Part shown: positions 27,172 through 36,116 of the stretch, in pieces
Position numbering within the stretch: the first letter of the stretch is position 1
How the letters are laid out: each line of letters starts with the position of its first letter
Source of the DNA: Verrucomicrobiales bacterium
Lineage (GTDB): Bacteria; Verrucomicrobiota; Verrucomicrobiia; Limisphaerales; UBA1100
Assembly: GCA_005809105.1 (NCBI GenBank)
Contig: SYLI01000018.1
Location: forward strand, 195 to 64,194
Reading direction: 5' to 3'
DNA: 64,000 bases
The notes under the pieces: generated by a model
Databases searched by the model: none
Seen by the model: only the letters and a program-made list of their open reading frames with translations
Told to the model about the DNA's origin: nothing
Program-made: the position numbers and the translations under genes

Positions 27172-28737
27172 CTAGTAGCCGTCGCTGTGGTCGTGGCCGT
27201 GGTCGCCGGGCGACTTGAGCAGTTGCGCCTTGAGAATGAAACTGCCCCGCACCACCACCAGTTCCTCGGGCTTCAGTCCGCGCTGCACCGGCAGCCAGCC
27301 GTCCACCTCCGCCCCCAGCTCCACGTCGCGTCGCGCGAATCGGGAGTCAGAGCCGGCCACAGGCACAAAGACCACCGCCTGTCCGCCGATGAGCTGCACG
27401 GCCTCTCGTGGGATGGCCAGTCCCTCCACGGGTTCGGGCGCATCCGGAAGCTGTGCGGTGACAAACATCCCGGGGCGCCAGCGGCCGCCCTGATTGTCCA
27501 GCGTGGCGCGAACCTGAACGGTGCGGGTGTCCGGATCGGCCGTGGGGGCGATGTGTTCCACGGTGGTCTCGGCCGATTGCCGGCCGGCGCCATCCTCGAT
27601 CCGGACGCTCTGGCCGACCTTGAGCGTGGCAATGCGCGCCTGAGGCACGTCCATGAGAACCCACACACGGCTGAGATCCGCGAGGATCAAGAGGTGCGGG
27701 CGATCGGGTGATGCCATTTCGCCGGTGGTGATTTCGCGCTCCACCACCGTGCCGGCCCGTGGCGCGCGCACCGACAGCTGCGGATGAAGTTCATGCGTGG
27801 CTTCCAGCTTGGCAATGGACGCCGCGTCGGATCCAAGCAGCAGCAGCCTGTTGCGCGCGGCGGCAATGGCAAATTGAACCTGAAGCAGGTCGGCCTCGGC
27901 GACCTGAATGGCGCGGGCCTTGCGCGCCTCGCCTGCCTGCACAGCGGCGCGGGCCGCAACGACGCCCGCCTGCGACTGCTTGCGTTGTTGCTCCCATGCG
28001 ATCGCGGCGCCCTCGAGGCCTGAGCGCGCGCCTGTCTCCTTCGACTCAGCCGTCCGCCACGCGGATTCGCGCCGCGCCACCTCGGCCTGCGCGATGCCAC
28101 CGGCGCCCTCCAGCAGTTTTTTCGCGGCGGCATACTGCTCGCGGGCCGAGGCAGTCTCGACCCTTGCCGCCGACAGGGTGGATTGCGCCTGAACCAGGCT
28201 GGCATTGTTCTCGGAAAGCACCTGCTGCGCGAGAGCCTTGGCAAGATCCGCCTCGCGCTGGGCCAGATCCGGATCCAGTTTGGCCACGGACTGGCCGGAG
28301 GCCGCCGCCGCCCGCAGGGCGAGGTGTTTTAGATAGTCACTCTGCGCGGCGCCCAGCTCGGGGCTGTCGATGATGAGCAGGGTCTGGTTGGCCTCCACGC
28401 GAGTCCCCAGATGTGCGTTGAGGGTGGCGACGCGTCCGCTCAGGGGCGTGCTCACGTGCGCCATCGACTCCTCGTCAAACGACACGCGCGCCGGCACGGC
28501 ATAGGTGGGCATCAATTTGCGCACCGTGACATTCCCCAGCACCACGCCATTTTGCCGCAGGGCATTGGTGGATAGGGTGACCTCCAGCGCTGAGGCCAGG
28601 GTGCCGTTCACCGACGCCATTTTCGGCGCGCAGCAGTCGTCCACAGCGCCGGCGGCGTGGTGATGATCCGCATCGTGACGATTGCAGCCGAATGCCGCCG
28701 CCATCAGGGACAGGATGAGCAAGGGTTGGTTTTTCAT
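27172..28737 (-). CDS. Efflux RND periplasmic adaptor (CzcB/CusB-like), lipoprotein
   Basis: Lipobox AAFG-C. His-rich N-terminus (HDADHHHAAG..DDCC) and C-terminus (DHGHDHSDGY). Long Ala/Gln/Arg-rich alpha-hairpin, then beta-barrel/MP domain motifs. Confidence 0.85.
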   Translation of the reverse strand: MKNQPLLILSLMAAAFGCNRHDADHHHAAGAVDDCCAPKMASVNGTLASALEVTLSTNALRQNGVVLGNVTVRKLMPTYAVPARVSFDEESMAHVSTPLSGRVATLNAHLGTRVEANQTLLIIDSPELGAAQSDYLKHLALRAAAASGQSVAKLDPDLAQREADLAKALAQQVLSENNASLVQAQSTLSAARVETASAREQYAAAKKLLEGAGGIAQAEVARRESAWRTAESKETGARSGLEGAAIAWEQQRKQSQAGVVAARAAVQAGEARKARAIQVAEADLLQVQFAIAAARNRLLLLGSDAASIAKLEATHELHPQLSVRAPRAGTVVEREITTGEMASPDRPHLLILADLSRVWVLMDVPQARIATLKVGQSVRIEDGAGRQSAETTVEHIAPTADPDTRTVQVRATLDNQGGRWRPGMFVTAQLPDAPEPVEGLAIPREAVQLIGGQAVVFVPVAGSDSRFARRDVELGAEVDGWLPVQRGLKPEELVVVRGSFILKAQLLKSPGDHGHDHSDGY

Positions 28738-28752
28738 GGGACTGTCGGGGTA

Positions 28753-30102
28753 TCAGGGTTGGGACGGAGCAAGGGGGCCGCCACTGGCGCGGCGCAACTG
28801 GCTGGCGGCGACCGAAAGGCGCAGCTGCAATTCGAGCAGGCGCAACCGCGCAGCCTGCAAATCCAGTTCTGCGAAGCGGACGGGCGTGATGTCGGACTGG
28901 CCCGCCTCGTACACCGCGCGCGCCAGTCGGGCCCGTTCCGCCTGAAGGGGCAGGAGCTTTTCGCGCACCTGAACCGCAGCCCGCTGCAGCGCCTCATGCG
29001 CGGCATGAGCATGGCGCACCGCCGTGACCGTCCGACGCAGGTGCAGGGTCGTCTGGTGGCGTGCCTCGATGAGGCTGGCTTGCGCCTTGGATTGAGCGGC
29101 CTCTCCGGTGTCAAAAAAGGGCAGCGGCACGGTGGCCGAAGGACCCAGCGACCAGTCCGATTCGCGCTCGGCGGCCAGGCCGCCGCCAAACTCGGACAGC
29201 CATGCCAGCCGCGCCAGCGCATGGTCGTCTCCGCGTGCGGCCAGTTCCCACCGCGCCGACTGGATTTCCGGCCGACGCTGCAGCGCATGGGCGATCCAGA
29301 CCGCTTCAGGAACGAGCGGCGAAGGCTCGGCGAGGGGCGTGCCCAGTTGGAGTTCAACGGACCGCGAAGGCTCTCCCAGCAGCCGCGCGAGGGAAAGTCG
29401 CTCGCTCTCCAGCTTGAGCCAATGTTCAGATAGATCCGCCTGCGCCTCCTCCAACTGCGCGTCCAAGGCGATCACGTCCAGCCGCGTGCCCTCACCCGCG
29501 TCCAGCCGCCGCTGGGCCAGATCGCGCAACTGCGAGAGCACCGACTGGCGCAGTCGCAAAAGCTTGATGGCCTCCGAGTGGGCGAGGTGTCCGGCGTAGT
29601 GTGTTTCGGTGGCTTCGATGATGTCGAGCGCGGCGGCGACGGCGTCGGCCGCGGCCGCCCGCAGCCGGTGGTCGGCAGCCGCGATGCGGTGGGGCCGTCG
29701 CAACCATTGGGCAAGATCGGTGGCAATACCGGTCTCGATGGCGGTGGCGCCGCCGCCTTCGGGCAGCCGGAAGAGAATGTGCAGCACGGGATTTGGAAAT
29801 TGCCGCGCCTGCCACGACTCGGCCTGCGCGCCCCGGGCGCGGGCCAGTGCCATCTGAACTTCGGGCGCGGCCACCACGGCCTGCCTCACCGCGTCGGAGA
29901 GCGTGAGTGTGTTTGTTCCGCCGGGCAGATCCACCGCAGCCGTGTTGGTCTCAAAGCGGATTGCACCGCGCAATCCTGTGGCGGCAGCGACGGCCTCAGC
30001 GGCTTTGTCAGCGGGCAGGGGCATGCGGCAAGCCGTCCCCCACGCGAGGAGCGCGGCGGCGAGCAAACCCACGGACAGATACATACGAGAATGGAGTTTC
30101 AT
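28753..30102 (-). CDS. TolC-family outer membrane factor (CzcC-like)
   Basis: Start at ATG 30102 (MKLHSRMYLSVGLLAAALLAWGTAC, lipoprotein-type signal). Two OEP-type repeats with coiled-coil segments. The ORF extends to 30318. Confidence 0.8.
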   Translation of the reverse strand: MKLHSRMYLSVGLLAAALLAWGTACRMPLPADKAAEAVAAATGLRGAIRFETNTAAVDLPGGTNTLTLSDAVRQAVVAAPEVQMALARARGAQAESWQARQFPNPVLHILFRLPEGGGATAIETGIATDLAQWLRRPHRIAAADHRLRAAAADAVAAALDIIEATETHYAGHLAHSEAIKLLRLRQSVLSQLRDLAQRRLDAGEGTRLDVIALDAQLEEAQADLSEHWLKLESERLSLARLLGEPSRSVELQLGTPLAEPSPLVPEAVWIAHALQRRPEIQSARWELAARGDDHALARLAWLSEFGGGLAAERESDWSLGPSATVPLPFFDTGEAAQSKAQASLIEARHQTTLHLRRTVTAVRHAHAAHEALQRAAVQVREKLLPLQAERARLARAVYEAGQSDITPVRFAELDLQAARLRLLELQLRLSVAASQLRRASGGPLAPSQP

Positions 30103-30164
30103 ACGCAGGAAAGGCCACACAGCCCCAAGAGGCCGCATGGACAAAGGAACGCGCGGGCGTTCCC

Positions 30165-30545
30165 CTAGACGACAATGGCTGGAGTGCGCGCGGGCAACGC
30201 GACGCGTGTGAGGAAATGCCAACGACGCAAGAGGCCCGGCGGCGACACATCGTGCGTGCCGGACGGTTGTGGGTGAAGTGGGACAGGATTGACGACGGCG
30301 ATCGGGAGGAAAATCCAACTCGCAGGAGCCACGATGACGGTTGGCGCGGCCATTTCCACGCTGCCGCCCTCAAGGCTCGTGCACTGCGCACAATCCTCGG
30401 GTGACTGTACAGGTTCACTGTGCTTGCCCGCAGCGTCACAGCAGTCGTGCGAAGCCCAGTCGAGCGATGCCAGAAGGCAGTGCGACGTCGCCGGCAACCA
30501 GCACATCAGGAGCACACTCGCCAGAAAGCCACGCAGGCGGCTCAT
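30165..30545 (-). CDS. Small Cys/His-rich secreted or membrane protein leading the czc operon (hypothetical)
   Basis: Signal peptide ending LPATSHC, cluster HDCCDAAGKH...EDCAQC, then a hydrophobic segment (VIVAPASWIFLPIAVV). 62 nt upstream of czcC. Confidence 0.45.
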   Translation of the reverse strand: MSRLRGFLASVLLMCWLPATSHCLLASLDWASHDCCDAAGKHSEPVQSPEDCAQCTSLEGGSVEMAAPTVIVAPASWIFLPIAVVNPVPLHPQPSGTHDVSPPGLLRRWHFLTRVALPARTPAIVV

Positions 30546-30586
30546 GGTTTGCACTATTAGCACCATCGGTGCGAACCGACAAGACT

Positions 30587-31693
30587 TTACCGGCCGGGCG
30601 AGTTGCAGCGCTCAAAGATCTTTCCGGGGAGCTGGCGCACCTGCCGTTTCAACTCCAAGGACAGCAGCCCGACGGAGATTTTCGCTGGAGGCAGACCCGT
30701 CACGCGGACCAGCTCGTCGGTGGCAAGTTCGCCCGAGTCTAGGGCGGCGAGGATCTGCGCTTCGGTGGGGTCCAGAATCACGGCCGGAGGGTCCATCGGC
30801 GTTGGGGCCTGCGACTTGGGGAAGAATTGCCCAAGTTCCTCGAAGATGTCCCCAGCGCATTCGCAAAGCGCGGCGCCTTCCTTGATGAGTTTGTGGCAGC
30901 CTGCACTGCGGGGCGAATCTATGCGTCCGGGCACGGCAAAAACCTGACGTCCTCCCTCCACAGCGAGGTTGGCGGTGATGAGCGCGCCGCTAGTCAGGGT
31001 GGCTTCGACCACCACGGTGGCCTGCGTCATGCCTGCGACGATGCGGTTGCGGATGGGAAATGAATGTTTGCTGCCACGGCATCCCAAAGGAAACTGGGTG
31101 ATCACGGCTCCGGTTTGCGCAATGCGCTCAAAGAGCGGGGCGTTCTCGGCGGGGTACACCACGTCCATGCCTGTGCCCAGCACGGCCACGGTGAGCCCTC
31201 CGGCGGCCAGCGCGCCCTCGTGGGCAGCCGTGTCAATGCCGCGCGCGCCGCCGCTCACCACCGTCAATCCCGCACGCGCAAGATCACCGGCCAGCCGCCG
31301 CGCCGTTTCGCGCCCGTAGAGCGTGGTTTGCCGCGAGCCGACCACGGCCACGGCATTTCGCATCGCTTGGGTCAACGCGCCGCGCACATAGAGCACCAGC
31401 GGCGGATCGTGAATCTCGCGCAGCAGGGGCGGATACTCGTCATCCAAAAGGGAAATGATGCGGCAGCCGGCCTGCTTAGCTCGGGCCAGCTCTCCCTGCA
31501 CATCAATGGTGTCGCGCCAAGAGGCGATGGATTCCGCCAGCCCGGCGGCGAGGTGCGGAACCTCCCTCAGTTGGGCGACGGTAGCGCTTAAGATGGCGGG
31601 CGCGTCGCCGAATCGATCGAGCAACCTGCGCACGGTGGCCGGTCCCACATCGGGCAGGAGGTTGAGCGCCACCATCGCCTCGCGTGGGGTCAT
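30587..31693 (-). CDS. dprA: DNA-processing protein DprA (Smf)
   Basis: N-terminal SAM-like region. Rossmann-like core with VVGSR..T.YG, SGGARGID..AH.GAL and FPIRNRI(V/I)AG motifs. C-terminal winged-helix-like tail. Confidence 0.9.
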   Translation of the reverse strand: MTPREAMVALNLLPDVGPATVRRLLDRFGDAPAILSATVAQLREVPHLAAGLAESIASWRDTIDVQGELARAKQAGCRIISLLDDEYPPLLREIHDPPLVLYVRGALTQAMRNAVAVVGSRQTTLYGRETARRLAGDLARAGLTVVSGGARGIDTAAHEGALAAGGLTVAVLGTGMDVVYPAENAPLFERIAQTGAVITQFPLGCRGSKHSFPIRNRIVAGMTQATVVVEATLTSGALITANLAVEGGRQVFAVPGRIDSPRSAGCHKLIKEGAALCECAGDIFEELGQFFPKSQAPTPMDPPAVILDPTEAQILAALDSGELATDELVRVTGLPPAKISVGLLSLELKRQVRQLPGKIFERCNSPGR

Positions 31694-31742
31694 CCCTCCG
31701 AGGTTAAAACACTCTGCCCGGCTGGCAAGCGGGCAGTCCGCT

Positions 31743-34700
31743 CTATTTCCGATGCGGCTCCTTGGAGGCGCTCAGAAAAGTCAGGAGCGCCGCCACATCC
31801 TTAGGTGGCAGTGCGTCCACCAGCCCCTCGGGCATGATGGAGAGATTGGACGCGCTGAGAGAGCGAATGTCCTGGCGCTGGACCACGTGCCGCTTGCCCG
31901 TCAAATCCAGCAGCTCCACGCTGGTGCGCGATTCGCCCTCCAGCTTGCCAGCGATGGATTCACCGTCCTTGAGCTCGAGCGTCCACAGGCGGAAGTTGCT
32001 TTCCAATGAACGGTTGGGGTCCACGATCTCCGCGAGGATTTCCGCTGCGGGCCTGGCTCCAATTCCAGTCAGGTCCGGGCCGATGCGCCCCCCCCCACCC
32101 GCCAGCGTGTGGCATTGCGCGCAGACTAGCTTAAACACCTCCGCGCCGCGCGCCGCGTCACCGGCCTGTTCAATCCAAGGCAGCATTTTTTTCAGCACCG
32201 CCTGCCGGTCGATGTTGCCGCGCTGGGCGTCCAGCTGCTGGGCAAGTTGGGCGAGGGTGGCGTCGGAGCTGACCTTGAGCGCCTGCCATTGGGCCGCATT
32301 GAGTTCTCCGCGAAGGATTTTGCCCTGCTGGACGGCCTGCAGCAGGCCGCGCGTCCACACGGGGCGGCGCATCAGCACGGCAACGCCCTCGCGCCGTGTG
32401 GCTGCGGTGAGCACCGGCCACTTGGCCAGCAGGGCAGTGCCCGTGGTGTCCAGGCGGCTTTCGCCCAGTGCTCTCACAAACGCGCCGGCAAGCTCAGGAG
32501 GGGTCTGCACATCGATGGTGGCGAGGACGGCCGTGACGGTTTCGGACTTGTCCTCCAGTCGAAGCCAGCGCCTTGCGGCGTCTCCACGCTGGGCGTCGGG
32601 CACCGCGGACGAGGCCACTTGGGCGCGCATCTCGGCGATGACCGCCAGGGCGTCAGCAGCAAAAATGTCAGTGGTGCCCCATCGGGAAGCGAGTGTCAGC
32701 AGGCCTTCCTTGCAACGGTTGGGCAGCACCTTCATGAGGGCGGAGAGCTCGGCACGGTCGGCTTGGGTGAGCTTGGGGGCGGAACCCGCCGGCCAGCCTC
32801 GGGCCAGCCCGTCGATCACCGACGCTGCCAGTTCCTCATTGGCCGACCGCAGCGAGGCCAGCGTGCCCACGACCGATTCGACCGGCGCGCGCTGTGCATA
32901 ATGCTGGGTGACGATGCCCACGATCTGGCCGAGGCGCGGGGGCAGGCCCATGGCGGTCGCGCCTGTGGCAGGCCCAAGTTCCACCACTTCCACATCGTCC
33001 CACCAAGCCTCGCCTGTGGACCGGCCCCAGCCGCCGTAGAGCAGATTGAGCATCAGTTTGGTGTGCGCCCCGGTGTTAAACTCGCTTGTGATGCGCGTCC
33101 AGTCATGGTCGCCTTTCAGTGCGGCCGGTTTTCCCTCGCGCTGGAGTTCATGCAGGTTGAGCAGCGCGCCCTCGCCTGTGCCGGCCTTGAGTGCGCGGGT
33201 TTTGACCCAGGCGGAAAGGCGGTAGCGGGTGCGCGGTTTCACCACGAGGTCCTGCGACCAGCTGACATCGCCGCCCGCCGTCGAGGTGATCTTGACCGAG
33301 CGCTTTCCCGAATGAGCAACCTGGTCATCCACGGTGAGAATGGCAGTGCCTTGGTGGGTGGCCGGACGCCACGACGCCGGGAGCCCGTTGCGAATGTCCT
33401 CCAGCGATGGATTGGCAACCAGATTGCGGGGGGCGACTGCGGGGGCCGGCGTGGCGGCGCGTCCGGTGGCCGTGCTGTGGCCCAGCACAGAAGCCAGGAA
33501 TGCCGTGTCGTGGCGGGCGGCGGCGGCGGTGGCCGCCTCGGGTATCCAACGGTCGCCCGCGTTGCCGGGGTGTTGCAGTGCTTGATGCACGGCGGCGCCG
33601 GCCAGTTCGCTGGGCGCTTGGTCGGCCAGCGCCAGAAATGCGGCCAGTCGCACCTGCGCGTCACCATCGGTCAGCAAGCCGCCGTCCAAAATGGCCGCCG
33701 TGGCCACAGGTCGGGCGGGCAGAACCTGAAGCGCGTTGCGGCGCACACCTGCCGAAGGATGGCGCAGCGCACCCAGTGCAGCTTGCAGGGCGTCAGGGTC
33801 GCGCCCGTCCAGATAGCCCAGTCCGTGCAGCGTCCACAGCGCGTGCAGCGCGCCGGGGTTGAGCCCGATGGCATCGCGTGAGATGTCGCGCACCCGCGCC
33901 AGAAGCGCCGTGCGTGCCTCGGGCGAAGGCCCGCGTTCCACCAGCAACCGCTGAGCGTGACGCCGCCAGAAAAGATTGTCGTGGCCCAGCGCCGCGATAA
34001 GTCCGGCGGTGTCCGCGTCGGAAAGGCGCGGCGTGGCGGAAGGCGGGGCGTGGCGGTACACCACGCGGTAGATGCGGCCCAGCGTGGTGGCGCGCAGCGG
34101 GGTCTCGTAGGCGTTGCCCCTGCCGGTCTTGAATCCGATGGGCGTGGGGTTGTGCTGGATAATATAGTTATACCAGTCGATGACCCACACGTGTCCGTCG
34201 GGGCCCACCTCGGCCATGATGGGAGCCGTCCATTCGTCATCGCTGGCCAGCAGGTTGATGGGATTGTGCGCGCGAAAATCCGCGCCATCGCGCTCGAGGA
34301 AAAAGGTGCCGATGAGCTTGCCGGTGGGTTCGGCGACAAACGCGGTGCGATTCCAGTATTCGCTGGGCCATGCGCGCGCGGTGTACAGCGCGTGACCGGC
34401 CGCGGCGGTGTAGCCGCCGTGATGGTCCATCTGGCGAACCCGGTCGCTGAGCGCGTGGAAGAGATGAGTGTCGGCGATGGTGCCCAGCACGCTGCTGCTC
34501 CAGCCGCGCACCGATTCGTAGTAACGGTTGGGAATGGGCAGATAGACACTGGGATTGCGATTGGCCGTCGAGCCGAACACGAGGCCTTCCTCGCTGAAGC
34601 CCAGTCCCCAGCAGTTGTTATTATTGTTGCGCAGGAATTCCACGCTGCTGCCGTCGGGGCGCATGCGAAAGAAGCCGGTGGCGAACCGTCGCGGCTCGCC

Positions 34701-36029
34701 GGCGATTTCTCCTTGAAAGCCCGAGTAGCCCACCACGCCCCAGAGCCAGTTGTCGAAGCCATATTGCAGATTGTTGGGGCCCGCGTGAGTGTCGTTCTTG
34801 CCCCAGCCCGTCAGCAGCACATTGCGTGTGTCCGCCTTGCCGTCGCCATTGGTGTCCTTGAGGTAGAGCGTTTGGGGCGCCTGCTGCACCACCACACCGC
34901 CCTTCCAGAAGGCGAGGCTGGTGGGAATGTTGAGCCCGTCGGCAAAGAGCGTGAACTTGTCCGCGCGGCCGTCGCCATCGGTGTCCTCGCAGACGCGGAT
35001 GGTGTCGCTGCCCCCGCCGTCAGCGCGGATGTCGTTGGGGTAGTTCACCGACTCGCACACCCAGAGCCTGCCACGCTCATCCCACGCCATGGCGATGGGG
35101 CGGCGGATGTCCGGCTCAGAGGCAAAGAGCCTCGCCTCAAATCCGCGCGGCAGCACCATGTGGCGCGCCGATTCGGCCGCGGGGAGCGGCACCTGCATCT
35201 TCGCCACGTCGTTGCTCTGGACGCCCCACTTGGCACCAGCCACGTAGTGGGGGATTCGGTCTTTCGGCGTGACGTACTCAAAGGGCTTGAGGCCGCGCAC
35301 AGGCTCAAACTTGTGGGCGCTCACGGTGCGGCCGCTGGCCCAGCGGATGCCCCGCTCCACCAGCTCGTGGAATCCCGCGTTGCCCCAAGTTCGGTGGTCG
35401 TGGCCCCATGCGGTGTAAAACACGCGGCCTTTGCCCTGTGTGCGGATCCACGTCCAGGGCTCCTGATCGCGGTACTCGAGCACCGTGCGGCTCGTGGGAT
35501 TGTGGCGGTGGTGCACGTAGGTTTCATCCCAGCTCTCGAAGCCTTCAAAGCCCTTCAGGATTTCGTGGGAGGGGGCGGCGGCGCGCGTGCGGAAGACCCC
35601 GGTGCCGTGACTTTTGAACTGCGCACCCGTGAGGGCGACGAGCTTTTCCGAATTAAGGAAGCAATAGGAGGCGCAGTGAAGGGGCACAAAGCCACCGCCG
35701 CCTTCGACGTAATCAAGCAGTGCCTTCTCTTGGCTGGCTTCGATGGCGTTGATGTTAGCGTAGACCAGAAGCGCGTCGTAGCCGGCAAGGGTGGCGGCGT
35801 TGAGATCAGCCATGCGCTCGGTGTACACGAGCGTGATGCCGCGAAAGCTCATGGCCGGTTCCAACTGACGGAACCGCTCGGAGGGCTGGTGCGAACCACG
35901 GTCGCCGAGAAAGAGGACGCGCACGGGACGGTCCAGCGCCGCGCCCTTCACGGGGATGTCGGCGGCGTTACCGACGGCGATGAGGGTCAGCAGCGCGAGA
36001 GACGCCACCATCCAACGGATGCATTGCAT
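31743..36029 (-). CDS. Giant multidomain protein: ThuA-like + beta-propeller 'membrane-bound dehydrogenase' domain + HEAT repeats + CBM-like module + C-terminal cytochrome c (PVC-type CxxCH protein)
   Basis: Signal peptide. ThuA-like N-terminus (VRVLFLGDRGSH...FVPLHCAS...YTAWGHD). Propeller with DTDGDGRADK/DTNGDGKAD motifs. HEAT-like helical repeats. C-terminal CAQCH ... IMPEGL. Confidence 0.8.
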   Translation of the reverse strand: MQCIRWMVASLALLTLIAVGNAADIPVKGAALDRPVRVLFLGDRGSHQPSERFRQLEPAMSFRGITLVYTERMADLNAATLAGYDALLVYANINAIEASQEKALLDYVEGGGGFVPLHCASYCFLNSEKLVALTGAQFKSHGTGVFRTRAAAPSHEILKGFEGFESWDETYVHHRHNPTSRTVLEYRDQEPWTWIRTQGKGRVFYTAWGHDHRTWGNAGFHELVERGIRWASGRTVSAHKFEPVRGLKPFEYVTPKDRIPHYVAGAKWGVQSNDVAKMQVPLPAAESARHMVLPRGFEARLFASEPDIRRPIAMAWDERGRLWVCESVNYPNDIRADGGGSDTIRVCEDTDGDGRADKFTLFADGLNIPTSLAFWKGGVVVQQAPQTLYLKDTNGDGKADTRNVLLTGWGKNDTHAGPNNLQYGFDNWLWGVVGYSGFQGEIAGEPRRFATGFFRMRPDGSSVEFLRNNNNNCWGLGFSEEGLVFGSTANRNPSVYLPIPNRYYESVRGWSSSVLGTIADTHLFHALSDRVRQMDHHGGYTAAAGHALYTARAWPSEYWNRTAFVAEPTGKLIGTFFLERDGADFRAHNPINLLASDDEWTAPIMAEVGPDGHVWVIDWYNYIIQHNPTPIGFKTGRGNAYETPLRATTLGRIYRVVYRHAPPSATPRLSDADTAGLIAALGHDNLFWRRHAQRLLVERGPSPEARTALLARVRDISRDAIGLNPGALHALWTLHGLGYLDGRDPDALQAALGALRHPSAGVRRNALQVLPARPVATAAILDGGLLTDGDAQVRLAAFLALADQAPSELAGAAVHQALQHPGNAGDRWIPEAATAAAARHDTAFLASVLGHSTATGRAATPAPAVAPRNLVANPSLEDIRNGLPASWRPATHQGTAILTVDDQVAHSGKRSVKITSTAGGDVSWSQDLVVKPRTRYRLSAWVKTRALKAGTGEGALLNLHELQREGKPAALKGDHDWTRITSEFNTGAHTKLMLNLLYGGWGRSTGEAWWDDVEVVELGPATGATAMGLPPRLGQIVGIVTQHYAQRAPVESVVGTLASLRSANEELAASVIDGLARGWPAGSAPKLTQADRAELSALMKVLPNRCKEGLLTLASRWGTTDIFAADALAVIAEMRAQVASSAVPDAQRGDAARRWLRLEDKSETVTAVLATIDVQTPPELAGAFVRALGESRLDTTGTALLAKWPVLTAATRREGVAVLMRRPVWTRGLLQAVQQGKILRGELNAAQWQALKVSSDATLAQLAQQLDAQRGNIDRQAVLKKMLPWIEQAGDAARGAEVFKLVCAQCHTLAGGGGRIGPDLTGIGARPAAEILAEIVDPNRSLESNFRLWTLELKDGESIAGKLEGESRTSVELLDLTGKRHVVQRQDIRSLSASNLSIMPEGLVDALPPKDVAALLTFLSASKEPHRK

Positions 36030-36116
36030 CGGGGAAGCCTAGCAGGCACGCAAACCTTGTCCAGCAGCGGCCCTTGACGAGAGCCGTTGTAGAGCCTTGC
36101 TTTTGCGCCGGCGGGA

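Noticed and set aside
28753-30318. Long N-terminal extensions offered by the ORF track (czcC to 30318; MORN gene to 40189; epimerase to 48394; asd to 63998; PA14-cytochrome to 39226; ceramidase-like to 2513).
   Set aside because: The extensions are Arg/Pro-rich and overlap upstream genes. Internal ATGs give canonical N-termini (signal peptides, lipoboxes, Rossmann motifs) and ATGA coupling with neighbours.
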